The notes under the pieces: model-generated
The model's database searches: none
What the model saw: only the letters and a program-made list of their open reading frames with translations
What the model was told of the DNA's origin: nothing
Part shown: positions 25,556 to 37,701 of the stretch, piece by piece
How the letters are laid out: every line of letters starts with the position of its first letter
Position numbering within the stretch: the stretch's first letter is position 1
NCBI GenBank assembly: GCA_964016885.1
Contig: OZ024741.1
Location: forward strand, 281,728,001-281,792,000
DNA from: Eledone cirrhosa
Lineage: Eukaryota
Direction: 5' to 3'
DNA: 64,000 nucleotides
Translations under genes and position numbers: made by a program

Positions 25556-26699
25556 GTTATTAAAATATATATCAAATATAGCTATGAAACATTTTCATTA
25601 AAATTTAGAACATAATTTTTATATACATTTCCTTTTAGGGGAGATCTCTATTTTAGAGGTTGGCATTGATCAATGCTGGAATCAAAACATTCTATGTGTT
25701 AGCCTACATTCATGTACTTTTAATTTTCATTAAGTTTCTTGCAAGCAAGTGCTGAGGGTCCAAAATTTTCTCTAACCTAGAGTCCTTAGTTGTTTTAATC
25801 CAGCTTTATTTACAAGACTCAGTTTTGGGAAATTGTAAAACTTACTTGAGGAAAATAAAATAATTTTATCCCATAAAACTGTACAAAATATAATTTAAAT
25901 AATTTAATAAATATTGTTGGCCTTTTCACTGTCTCTCAAACCAGGATCCTTAAACAATGCACTTAACTATTAATTTTAACATGAACACTGCCATACCACA
26001 AATTTAATTCAAAGCAAAAACTACTGTCTTACAGTTAAGTTTTTGTTTGTTAGTTTTTTTACATGTTTAATGCCAAAGATTTATATCGAATTTAACTAAA
26101 AAATGTATTTCAATGCCAAAGATATTAGAACTGACAATGTAATTAAATTATAATATTGTTGACATTTACACAACGATTTTGGGAAATTTACAGCTCATTC
26201 CTATGTAGGTTTAGCTGGCTTCCTGCAAGGTTACATCAGAGGATGTTTCTTGAGTGTTTTAATAATAGTTGCCCCAGTACTATGATATAAATTGTTGTTG
26301 TACCTCATACGTATGCAGGTTTAGCTGGCCACACATGAGGTTACATCTTATAAAGAGGCATTGTGGGTGTCAGGAAAAGCTATGTAAAGTGAAGCATCTA
26401 TCTCAAGAACACAATGTGCTGGCTAATCTAAAAGTTGAACCCACACTACAATGATTGTAAGTTCAATACCTTAACCACGAGGCCACACACCTTCACTATG
26501 TGAATGATGATGACTGCCAAATACAAAACCAAACTTAACTGGAAAGTATGAATGGATTTTATAGTATATCCTTATCAGGGTGGTGGATTGGCAGAGTTAT
26601 TAGCGTATCAAAGAAATACTGAATTGTATTTATTTGGATTTTACTTTCCGAGTTCAAATCCTGCTTAAGTTAACTTTACCTTTCATCATTCCAAGGTCA

Positions 26700-26930
26700 A
26701 TGTAATAAAGAGAAGAAAGAATGGAATGTAAAATAAGGAAATATAAAAAAGGAAAAGAAAGGCAAGGGCTCTAGTGTCACAGAGGGAAGGGGGAGGGGGG
26801 AGGGTGATGGGCCTAGGGTGTGGCAGTACTGGGCTGCACCCCAAGGACAAGACCGCAAAAGCATTCCTGCGGAAAATGGCCAGCGACACCTGCTCCAACA
26901 GCCACCCTGCCTCACATGGCTCCTTCAAAT
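26700..26930 (-). mobile_element. Second CRE 3' end, inserted into a family A SINE (26580-27005)
   Basis: EPCEAGWLLEQVSLAIFRRNAFAVL resembles the 23320 peptide; GC-rich island that splits the SINE core. Confidence 0.6.
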
Positions 26931-28909
26931 ATCAGTCATGTACTTAGGTTGATATAATTGACTCTCTCCCTGCTCCACCCACCATTTCTGGCCTTGTCAG
27001 AAATTGTCATCACATTATTATGGTAATTCATTGTTTTACTTTTATTCATTTAGTGCCAATTTCAGCTTCTGATCATTGGTACAGTATTTTGGATTGTAGT
27101 GGGAATTTCAGTCTGGGCTACCCCTGAAGAAGGGTCTCTGTAATAGTTGACCCTATAAATTTAACCTAAAGAAATAGTTTTTGAAATTCAACTTTTACAT
27201 AAGTATATACTGGATATATAATTTTCCTGGCGGGGCTTAAAATGGCTATCATTGTGCATGTGTAGGACAGGTCTATAACTGCTCCACACATGCACAATTC
27301 AGACACTTGAACCAATTAAGGAAGAATACAATAGATTTTGTTTTGCATCATTGGGGGGGGGGGGGCATTTGTAAAGAGGGAATTAACCCTGAAATATACT
27401 AGGTAAGAAAAACATTGTTTTGTTTTATTTGTCATTTTTTTGCTCTTTATATATTTCTATCGTATTGTATCTACTTTCTGAAATTATCAGTTATTTATCA
27501 CATACCTCAAAATGCTTCATATCAACTTACTACTCTGCACGCGTGTGCATGATGTGGAATTCCTCCTCCCACATCCAGTGAATCCCCAAACCATTTTTAC
27601 ATTCATTTATTTATATTTTCACTAGGCACAAGATCAATTTTATATGGTGGAGAATTATAATCAGTTGAACTAACACAAACACAGATAAAACCAATACATC
27701 ACATTATGGAGGGTTGAAAGGCAAAAGCTGACCCCATTTACACAGTTATTTGTTATTAATGATAAGAAAGAACATTTTGGATCTTTCAATCTCAGATGAT
27801 TTCAATTTCTAAATAACATTCAATTGGATACTCAGCTGCTTTCTCATTACTGAACTTTAAAAAAAATTGCTAAGAACAGATGTTTTCAATGAAAAAGAAA
27901 AACACTGAATCTGATTATCCTCATTTAAACATCTATCCTGGCTCCTCTTCCATTCTGTCATGGATTCAAGAACAGTATAACATTATGACATGTTTTCATG
28001 CTTCTCAATGTCAACTCCCGAGCAGATGGAGTAAGTTGGCTGTTATTTAGAGGTTTAAGATCAGTAAATCAAATTTCAAAAGAAATCAATACTTCATTAT
28101 ATCTGATTGGATTTTTTTTATTCAAAGATTTTTATTTATTGCAGGAATGGAAAAACATACAGTAGCAAGATGATATCAAAAGTATTCATCTAAAATCTAC
28201 ATTTTTTATTTTATATGTGAACATTTAGTAAATGGTGACCGAGAAATTGAGAGGTCTTCTTTGCCAACAGCTCACTAGTTGCTGCAGACTATGACTAACA
28301 GTAGCACCCCATTATCTCATGGCAATCAGGAAGAGATGGAGATTGGAGAAGGGCTAAAATCTACAACTAAGAAACAAAAAGAGACAAAGCAAAAAAGTGA
28401 ATTTGGACACAAGGCAGGTAAAAACTTAGAGGACCCTCACAAGAAAATTCGCCATCCCTATAGAGTACCTGAACTCTACACCATACTTTAAAAATGCAAC
28501 GTTAACCTATCCTACCAACGCCAACACTAGACCCTACCATATAATGAAGTAAATACTGTGCTGATTTTTAAGGACAGTGGGTGACAATTTTCAGGAGTCC
28601 TTAGGTGATGGGTGGCTAACAAAGAACACATCAGTAGTCAATCAACAGCTGAGGGCTTATGCCACTAGGGCATGTAGAGTCGTTCACAGCTTGGCCAAAG
28701 CTGAAATTGCTTGGGAGCAATTTAGGAGAACCCACTTTGAGGAAGTGATTTGAGAGGCACATGGTTAGAGTTACAAAGTCACATAACTCCTAGGTGGCAG
28801 CTTCTCACTTGTGTGTGGGAGAGAAGAGGGCTTTTTTATTCTATTATTTATTTTGTGCCATTTTTGTTATCTGTCTTAGTAAAATGTATTTTATTTTTGC
28901 TATCCAATC

Positions 28910-30540
28910 TGATTGACAGTATCGGCAGAGCATCAGACAACATGCCTTGTGACATCGAGTTATGGCCCTTTACGTTCTGAGTTCAAACCCCGTCGAGGTT
29001 AACTTTCATCTTTATAGGGTCGATAAAATAAAGCACCAGTAATGCACTGGGATAATTACTAGCCTTGTGTCAAAAGTAGAAACAATTATATATAAACACA
29101 CACACACGTTACTGTTAGGCATGTGTGCATGAGAAAGAGATGAGTGTGTCTACATCTCACACAAGTTTTGTGCTGTATGTATGAGTCCTGGCAGAGCTGT
29201 TAGAACTTCAAACAAATGCTAAGTAGCATTTGTTTAGGCTCTTAACTTTCTGAGTTCAACTTCGCATTTCATCCTTCTGGGGTATAGGAGCGGGGATGGA
29301 GTTGATAAAATGAAGTAAGAGTCAAGTACTAGGGTCAATATAGTCAACTTTTCTCTCCTCCTTCCTTAAATTCCAGATTTTCTGCCTAAATTATAAGCAA
29401 TTATATATAGAAATAGATACACGTTTGTTATGCGAGAGAGATGTGTACACGCGAGAGAGATGTGTACACACGTGTGTGTGTACATCTCCCACTGGTTTGG
29501 CCGAATTGTTAGTGCGTCAGACAAATACTTAGCAGTATTTGTTCTGGTTCTTTACTTTTTGAGTTCAAATCCCACAGAGGTCAACTTTGCCTTCCAGGAT
29601 CAATAAAATCCTTCCAGGATCAATAAAACAAAATACCAGTAAAGAAATAGGGTCAATATGATTGGCTTTCCCTTTCCCACAAATTACTGGCCTTATCGCT
29701 AAAGTAGAAATCATTCTGAGTTCAAATCCCACCAAGGTTAACTTAGCCTTTCATCCTTATGGGGTCGATAAAATAAAGTACCAATCACGCACTGGGGTCG
29801 ACTTTCCCCTCCTCCCAAATTGCTGGCCTTGTGCCTATATAAGAAACCATTATTATTATTATTTTTATTCCCGCTGCGGTTAACTTTGCCTTTCATCCTT
29901 TCGGGGTCGATAAAATAAAGTACCAGTAATGCACTGGATAATTGCTGGCCTTGTGCCAAAAGTAGAAACAATTATTTTTATTATTATTATAATCATCATA
30001 ATCATTATTGGTGGATTGGCAGTATCGGTAGAGAGTCGGACGCCATGCTTTCCAGCATAGTTACGTCCCTTTACGATCTGAGTTCAAATCCCGCCGAGGT
30101 TGACTTTGCCTTTCATTCTTACGGGGTCGATAAAATAAAGTACCAGTGATGCACTGGGTATTTGCTGGCCTTGTGCCTAAAGTAGAAACAATTATTATAA
30201 CTATCATTAACAGCAGTGAATTGGCAAAATTCATAGAGCATCGGACACCATGTTTTGCAACATAAAGTTACAACCCTTTACATTTGGAATTTAAATACTG
30301 CCAAGGTTAGCTTTTACTTTCCCTTCTTGGACAATAAAATAAAATACCAGTAACACACTGGGGTTGATTTAGTCGACTTTCTCCTCCCCAAAAAATTGCT
30401 GGCCTTGTGCCTAAATCAAAAACCAATCCCGCCGAGGTTAACTTTGTCTTTCATCCTTACGGGGGTCGATAAAATAAAGTACCAGTAATGCACTGGGTAA
30501 TTGCTGGCCTTGTGCCAAAAGTAAAAACAATTATTATTAA
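28910..30540 (+). mobile_element. Cluster of about 8 co-oriented family A SINEs
   Basis: Repeated TGGCAGTATCGG A-box, GAGTTCAAATCC B-box, GCCTTTCATCC..GGGGTCGATAAAATAAAGTACCAG core (resembles the MESC/Meta-type domain) and TAGAAACA(ATT)n tails. Confidence 0.9.
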
Positions 30541-30581
30541 GATTGCTAGAAGCAGCAATGTTACAAATAAATAATATAAAG

Positions 30582-30781
30582 NNNNNNNNNNNNNNNNNNN
30601 NNNNNNNNNNNNNNNNNNNNNNNNNNNNNNNNNNNNNNNNNNNNNNNNNNNNNNNNNNNNNNNNNNNNNNNNNNNNNNNNNNNNNNNNNNNNNNNNNNNN
30701 NNNNNNNNNNNNNNNNNNNNNNNNNNNNNNNNNNNNNNNNNNNNNNNNNNNNNNNNNNNNNNNNNNNNNNNNNNNNNNNNN
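30582..30781. other. Assembly gap (200 N)
   Basis: Run of N. Confidence 1.
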
Positions 30782-31160
30782 GAGTGAGAAAGAGAGTGAG
30801 AAAGAGAGAGTGAGAAGAGAGAGTGAGAAAGAGAGAGTGAGAAAGAGAGGTGGAGAAAGAGAGGGTGGAGAAAGAGAGGGTGGAGAAAGAGAGGGTGGAG
30901 AAAGAGAGGGTGGAGAAAGAGAGGGTGGAGAAAGAGAGGGTGGAGAAAGAGAGAGAAAGAGAGGGTGGAGAAAGAGAGAGAAAGAGAGGGTGGAGAAAGA
31001 GAGAGAAAGAGAGGGTGGAGAGAGAAAGAGAGGGTGGAGAAAGAGAGAAAGAGAGGGTGGAGAAGAGAGAGAAAGAGAAAGTGAGGGTGGTGAGAGAGAA
31101 AGTGAGGGTGGTGAGAGAGAAAGTGAGGGTGGTGAGAGAGAAAGTGAGGGTGGTGACAGA
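30782..31160. repeat. Purine-rich tandem repeats (GGTGGAGAAAGAGAG 15-mer, then a 21-mer)
   Basis: Direct reading. Confidence 0.95.
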
Positions 31161-31559
31161 GAAACAGTAAATGAGAGTTAAACAGAGTGTGAGTTACTCG
31201 AGGGGGGGTTTAAAGAGAGGAAGATAAGGGCAGAAAAAGAGCAAGAGTAGACTGTAATGATGATGATGATAGCAATGGTGTCTTATAGCTCACTGGCTTG
31301 TTGCAAGACCACTTTCCACTTCCACTTTCATATTAGCAAACCTGAGATCAGCTCTCTCGTAATTGAATTCAGATACATTTTTCTAAGCATGAGAATTATG
31401 AGAATTCCAGTTTGAGGGGGGGGGGGGGGGGGTTAATGGATTAAACTGGGCATTTAACTCTTAATGTCCCGTACCACATGAAACCACACTGGCAAAATAT
31501 TCTTAAAGAGTACACAACAGCATGATGACTGCATCACATTAAAAGATTAAAGTCTATCT

Positions 31560-31650
31560 AATGACCAAGGTCTGTCAGTGAGTTTCTGGCGTTACCTTCG
31601 GGATCTACCACCTTACCAACCTGATGTATGCGGACGACACCACATTAACA
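31560..31650 (+). pseudogene. Small reverse transcriptase fragment
   Basis: Translates as GVTFGIYHLTNLMYADDTTL. Confidence 0.65.
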
Positions 31651-31721
31651 AATATGCTCTTCCTTTTTCCCAGCCAGTATATCTTGGACTACATTATCAA
31701 ATAACGTACTACAAATAACGT

Positions 31722-32315
31722 ACTAGAACCTGTGGCAGTGTACTATTAAAAGGGTTAAGTAGAACCCAAGGCAGTGTACTCTTAAAAGGGTTAAGTAGAA
31801 TCTGAGGCAACGTGCTATTAAAAGGGTTAAGTAGAACCTGAGGCAACGTGCTATTAAAAGGGTTAAGTAGAACCTGAGGCAACGTGCTATTAAAAGGGTT
31901 AAGTAGAACCTGAGGCAACGTGCTATTAAAAGGATTAAGTAGAACCTGAGGCAGTGTACTATTAAAAGGGTTAAGTAGAATCTGAGGCAGTGTACTATTA
32001 AAAAGGTTAAGTAGAACCTGATCAAGTGTACTATTAAAAGAGTTAAGTAGAACCAGAGGCAACATGATATTAAAGGGTTAAGTAAAACCAGAGGCAACAT
32101 GATATTAAAAGGTTAAGTAGTACCTGAGTTTGTGTACTATTAAAAGAGTTAAGTAGAACCAGAGGCAACATGATATTAAAAGGGCTAAGTAGAACCAGAG
32201 GCAACATGATATTAAAAGGGTTAAGTAGTACCTGAGGCAACATGCTATTAAAAGGGTTAAGTAGTACCTGAGTTTGTGTACTATTAAAAGGGTTAAGTAG
32301 TACCTGAGGCAGTGT
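31722..32315. repeat. 36-bp minisatellite, about 16 copies
   Basis: Unit GTAGAACCTGAGGCAACGTGCTATTAAAAGGGTTAA. Confidence 0.97.
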
Positions 32316-32476
32316 TTTAACCTCACTAGTCAGAAAGAACATACAAGGATTATCAGCACAGCTGATCTTGTTCAAGCTAACTAACAACAAAAAATGTGAA
32401 TACAAAAGATCTAAACCAACTGAAGTGGAATGAGTAGATAAAGTATGGACTATTGGAAAGTTTGAAGGTAAGTTAA

Positions 32477-33170
32477 CCCTTTCATTATTATATTTCTAAT
32501 GAAATACACTGTATTTGAATATATTAAAGAATTTGGAGCGATTTATTGAAGTCATTACTTATTTCATTACAAAAAAATAAATAATGTTGGAAGGAATTGA
32601 AATAGAAATAGAAGCTTTGCCATAATATTTTGACTAAATGATATAGTCTAACAATGGGGCATATAAACCCACTGAATGGAAAAAGATGGGTATCAGCACA
32701 CATGGGAGTCGAACACACACCTTGTTTGCCAGATAAGTACGCTACCATAATGGTAGTGTACTTATCTGGCAAACATGAACCCACCCAGCTTTTTCCATTG
32801 TTTCAGCACCATTTATAAATAATGGAAAAAGCTAGATGGGTTCATTGGTGTAATGGTAGCGTACTCGTCCGGCAAATGAGAAGTGTTGGTTCAACTCCTG
32901 TGTGTGCTGATACCTATCTTTTTCCTTTCACTGGATTTATATACCTCATTATTAGACTATATCATTTAGTCAAAATATTACCGCAAAGCTTTTATTTCTA
33001 TTTCAATTCCAAACTTCACTTGCGGCATTCCAAATATACTTCCTTTGTTTAATGTTGGAAGGTTTTAATTTAAATAAAAACCCTTCAAAATGGGTGTGTT
33101 TTTTTTTTGGGGGGGGGGGGGGGGGGTCATAAAATCAGATGCTATTTGGGATAGATTGGAATCAGAAGAG
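32477..33170. mobile_element. piggyBac-like MITE (P1) hosting a fold-back insertion
   Basis: TTAA-CCCTTT ... GAAGAG-TTAA with the P1 internal motif. Confidence 0.7.
32595..33049. mobile_element. Fold-back element with two divergent tRNA-like heads and a 13-bp TSD
   Basis: TAATGTTGGAAGG at 32582-32594 and 33050-33062; inverted arms spanning 32593-33010; A-box TGGTGTAATGG and B-box GGTTCAACTCC. Confidence 0.85.
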
Positions 33171-33398
33171 TTAAGAAAGGAACGGAACATCAGAAATATT
33201 TTCCACTGCATGATAGTGGAGTAATTTGACAGGTATACATATATATTTAAAAAAAGGAACAATTTCTGATGAATGAAAAGGTGTTATGAGTCGATTGTAG
33301 AAGAGTAATCTGATGGAGACTTAAAAGCTGCTTTAAGTTTTTATGAAAAAATAAGCCTTAATATGATGGTGGCAAATTTTATGATGAGGATTGTAAAT

Positions 33399-33620
33399 AT
33401 AAGAAGTGCACTAGCAGCCAAAGTGTATGATAAAGTTATATCTGTATAAATACAGAGTGTGAAGCCGAGATTGCACCAATGTGCATAAATATATACACAA
33501 ATCTAATATGTAGACATGTAAATATGTGTATATGTTTATACATGTTGGTACATCTCAGTTATGTATTTATACAGATATAACTTTGTCATATACTTCGGCT
33601 GCTAACACACTTCTTACATA
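33399..33620. repeat. ~220-bp imperfect palindrome
   Basis: TAAGAAGTG..AGCAGCCAAAGTGTATGATAAAGTTATATCTGTATAAATAC is mirrored by GTATTTATACAGATATAACTTTGTCATATACTTCGGCTGCT..CACTTCTTA. Confidence 0.85.
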
Positions 33621-33920
33621 GAGAAGGTATTTTCTGGCTGACTTGAGTGTGCCTAGTGGCCTGGATCTTTGTAAAATGCACTTAAGCAATGGCAATTGGG
33701 CGTGATAATCCCCAATTTTCAAAAAGGGAGACAAGAGGGGTTACTCCAATTAGGCAAAGAGATGTAAGGAGATTGTCAAGTCTAAGCTAGCTGATGGACA
33801 GTGTGGTTTTCATACTGGATGCAGCATAGCTGACCAAATATTCACACTATGGCAGGTCTTGGAGAAATCGTGGGACTACAACCAAGAGGTGTACTCTTGC
33901 TTTTTAGACCCTAAGAAGGA
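33620..33920 (+). pseudogene. RT fragment of a second RTE family (Expander/Rex3-like)
   Basis: REGIFWLT, WQLGVII, FKKGDKR and DQIFTLWQVLEKSWDYNQEVYSCFLD. Confidence 0.75.
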
Positions 33921-34995
33921 AAAGAGGAGGAAGGAGAGGAGGAAGGAAAAGAGGAGGAAGGAGAGGAGGAAGGAGAGGAGGAAGAGAAGGAGGAGGAGAA
34001 GGGAGAGGTGGAAGGAGGAGGAGAGGTGGAAGGAGGAGAGGTGAAGAGAAGAGAAGAGGTGGAAGGAGAAGAGAAGAGAAGAGGAGAAGAGAAGAGAAGA
34101 GGAGAAGAGGAAGGAGGAGAGGAAGGAGGAGGAGAAGAGGAAAGAGGAGAGGAAGGAGGAGGAGAGGAAGGAGGAGAGGAAGGAGGAGGAGAGAAAGGAG
34201 GGGGAGAGGAAGGGGAAGGAGGAGGAGGAGGAGAGGAAGGGGGAGAGGAGGAGAGGAAGGGGGAGAGGAGGAGAGGAAGGAAGAGGAGGAAGGAGGAGGA
34301 AAGGAAGAGGAGGAAGGGAAGAGAGGATGAAGGAGAAAGGAGGAAGGAGAAAGGAGGAGAGGAGGAAGGAGAAAGGAGGAGAGGAGGAAGGAGAAAGGAG
34401 GAGAAGAGGAAGGAGGAGAAAGGAGGAGAGGAGGAGGAAGAAGAAGAGAAAGGAGAAGAGGAAGAAGTGGAAGAGGGAGATGAAGAAGGAGAGGAGGAAG
34501 AGGGAGAAGGAGAAGAGGGAGAAGGAGGGGGAGGAGGAAAAGGAGGAAGGAGAAGTGGAAGAGGGAGAAGGAGAGGAGGAAGAAGGAGAGGAGGAAAAGG
34601 AGGAAGGAGAAGTGGAAGAAGGAGAGGAGGAAGAAGAGGAAGGAGAAGAAGAGGGAGGAGGAAAAGAGGAAGAAGAAGAGGGAGGAGGAAAAAGTGGAAG
34701 GAGAAGAAGAGGGAGGAGAAGAAGAGGGAGAAGGAGAAGAAGAGGGAGGAGGAAAAAAGTGGAAGGAGAAGAAGAGGGAGGAGGAAAAAGTGGAAGGAGA
34801 AGAAGAGGGAGGAGGAAAAAGAGAAAGGAGAAGAAGAGGGAGGATGGAGAAGAAGAGGGAGGATGAAAAAGAGGAAGGAGAAGAAGAGGGAGGAGGAAAA
34901 AAGGAGAAGAGGGAGGAGGAAAAAGAAGAGGAAGGAGAAGAGGGAGGAGAAGAGGGAGGAGAAGAGGGAGGAGAAGAGGGAGGAGAAAGGGGAGA
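33914..34995. repeat. ~1.1-kb almost pure A/G tract
   Basis: GGA/GAA/GAG mosaic with very few pyrimidines. Confidence 0.97.
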
Positions 34996-35657
34996 TTCTA
35001 AATGTACATGGCATTTCATTTTTTTATATAAAAAAAAAATCATTTTTAATAAGATTATACAATAAAATTTCATAAAAGTAATAAAAAAAAAAAAATCAAT
35101 GTCAAATGCATTGATACGGAATATATAGAACTTTGATAGGTTTTAGTTATGTGATCCATAAAATCAAGATTGCAAAAAAAAAAAAAAAAAAATGAAAAAA
35201 AAAAAAAAAAAAGAGGAAAAATATATATCCAGATTGTCAGGAAAGATGGAATTTCTTAAAAGATGATATAAATAAATAATATGCTATTGTAGATAAACCA
35301 ATCAGGTAATAATAAATATTGAGATTGTATGTAGTTGGTTTAGTATGTTATATTGCTGTGGAAGAAGTTAGCTGAACATCTGATGTATAATAGATGTGTA
35401 TATGAAAACATATACAATATGTTTATGTATAATGAACAAACATAAATCTCACTGTGTTTTAACCCTTTCATTTTCATTGAGACTCAACTTGTCGGCCTCG
35501 AAAACTGATCATTGATTTCTGACCTTGATCAGGTGAACGACAACAACCTGAGACAGCAACAGTCATATATGCAAGAATAATAAGAAGACCCTTTCATTGC
35601 TGTATTTCTAATTTCAATTAATTAGTGGAGAATTTTTAGGGATTTACTAACATTATT

Positions 35658-35972
35658 AGAGTTCAAATCCCGCCGAGGTTAACTTTGCCTTTCATCCTTA
35701 CGGGGTCGATAAAATAAAGTACCAGTAATGTACTGGGTAATTGATGGCCTTGTGCCTAAAGTAGAAACAATTATTAGTTAGGGCAGTGAATTGGCAGTAT
35801 CGGTAGAGGGTCGGTCGCCATGCTTTGACGCATAGAGTTACAGCCCTTGCCATTCTGAGTTCAAATCCCGCCGAGGTTAACTTTGCCTTTCATCCTTACG
35901 GGGTCGATAAAATAAAGTACCAGTAATGTACTGGTTAATTGCTGGCCTTGTGCCAATAGTAGAAACAATTAT
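35658..35972 (+). mobile_element. Two tandem young family A SINEs
   Basis: Near-identical cores to the copies at 30009 and 50178. Confidence 0.9.
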
Positions 35973-36160
35973 TAGTTATTCTATTGCAAAGATAGTGACT
36001 TAACATATAGTGACTTAACATATGGTTCTTATACCAAATAATGTTGGAAGATTTTAATTTAAATAGGTATTTTGATACCAGCCTGCTAGTTTTAAGCAGG
36101 TTTGTATCAAGAATGATTATAGCCGAGATCACAGCACAGCTACCTCAGTAACTATGTAAT

Positions 36161-36347
36161 AATTGTTTCTACTTTTGGCACAAGGCCAGCAATTACCCAG
36201 TGCATTACTGGTACTTTATTTTATCAACCCTGTAAGGATGAAAGGCAAAGTTAACCTCGGCGAGATTTGAACTCAGAATGGGAAGGGCCGTAACTATGTG
36301 TCAAAGCATGGTGTCCGACCCTCTACCGATACTGCCAATCCACTGCC
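36161..36347 (-). mobile_element. Full-length family A SINE with TSD
   Basis: CTATGTAAT duplicated at 36152-36160 and 36348-36356. Confidence 0.9.
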
Positions 36348-37069
36348 CTATGTAATCATGCCAAACAGTGTTTCAATACTGTTTATACATCAGCTTACTC
36401 ACTCAGTATAGAGACAAGAATAAACTATAGCTTAAATACATTTTGCATATAAAACATCTGCTGGAGATGCTCATTATGCTCATCTGCATACTGTGCAGGC
36501 TTGACTAGCTGAGGCTAATCAGAAGTATCACTAATATAGCGTGATTCATATACACCTCTATTATAAATCCTGATATGTTAGTGTTACTGGTAATCTACTG
36601 TAAAGAATAGAAGAGTTTTAGAATAAAAGGTTATCATTCACTATTTACAGAGTACAGATAGAATGTTTGTGTAAACAACAGAGAAAGAAGCAGAGTAGAG
36701 AATGAGGGTGACTATTTGAATAGAAATGGGTGGAATAGAAATGGGTGGAGTGAGAAGGGTAAGAAGAGATAAAAAAGAGGACAGAAATAAATGTGGTGAA
36801 ATATTTAAAAAAAAAAAAAAATTCAAAACCAGACCAACTTGCTATAAAAGTCTAACAGATCTATTTCTAAAAAATATTTCAGGAATTATATGCCATAGTA
36901 GTAATATGGAATCATTCAAACATTGTATTTGTTGTTGAAGAAAAGAGTTGCTACACGATTACCATTTTTGTTTTCTTTGAACATGTTAAAATCTATTTGA
37001 ATAATAGAAATCCAAATATATATTACTATTAGTAAGAACAGATTAATGGCTGATTTCAGTTACGGTTAA

Positions 37070-37701
37070 CCTTTTCATGGCCATATTTCTAATGAAAAAC
37101 ACTGCCTGTGGTTTTCAAATAATTTTGAAAATAATTAAGAATTTACAAAGATTTAGTTAATATAACTTTCCTGTTATTAGACTGGTGTTTGGAACAGAAA
37201 TTAACAAATGTTCTTACATAAAATTATAATTGTTTCTACTTTTGGCACAAGGCCATCAATTATCCCAGTGCATTACTGGTACTTTATTTTATCGACCTCG
37301 TAAGGATGAAAGGCAAAGTCAACCTCGGCGGGATTTGAACTCAGATCGTAAAGGGACGTAACTATGCTGGAAAGCATGGTGTCTGACCCTCTACCGATAC
37401 TGCCAATCCACAAAATTATAATGGAAGGTTTTTAGATAAATATACACTTTTTAACCCTTTGTTATTGCATTTCTTATTAAATACAGTGCCTATGTGTTTT
37501 AATTAATTTTGAAAATAATCAACTAGTTGGAGGAATTTAATAAAATAACTAACACTTTCATTAATAATTTGAAAATTTGAAAAATTATTTAACAAAATTC
37601 CTTAAAATTATGATAGAATTTCATATAAGTATAAACATTTAAAATGAACAGTTTTGTATCCTCAATCCAGGATGGTTTCAGGTGGTTTGGAACCATAAGG
37701 G
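37070..37701. mobile_element. Nested or tandem P1 MITEs containing a SINE (37231-37411, minus)
   Basis: Two TTAA-CC starts (37070 and 37455), AAGGG-TTAA end; SINE TSD AAAATTATAAT at 37220-37230 and 37412-37422. Confidence 0.75.

Noticed and set aside
27123-27190. CTGAAGA-AGGGTC..GACCCT..GAAA hammerhead-like motif
   Set aside because: About 16 extra nt separate stem II from GAAA and stem III is unconvincing; a relic at best.
28431-28600. Possible small TIR element (GGAC..GAAAATT / AATTTTC..GTCC)
   Set aside because: TIRs are too degenerate and no TSD is visible.
30543-31181. ORF spanning the N gap
   Set aside because: Artefact of the gap plus purine repeats.
31709-32405. 36-bp CRISPR repeat or LRR-like ORFs (LPQVLLNPFNST)
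   Set aside because: Units are contiguous with no spacers; the ORFs are a by-product of a period divisible by three.
32838-32912. Genuine tRNA gene
   Set aside because: A and B boxes are present, but I cannot form a proper cloverleaf or acceptor stem, and it lies inside a TSD-flanked insertion.
33904-35075. Long ORFs of 350-390 aa
   Set aside because: Translations of a polypurine tract that lacks stop codons in several frames.
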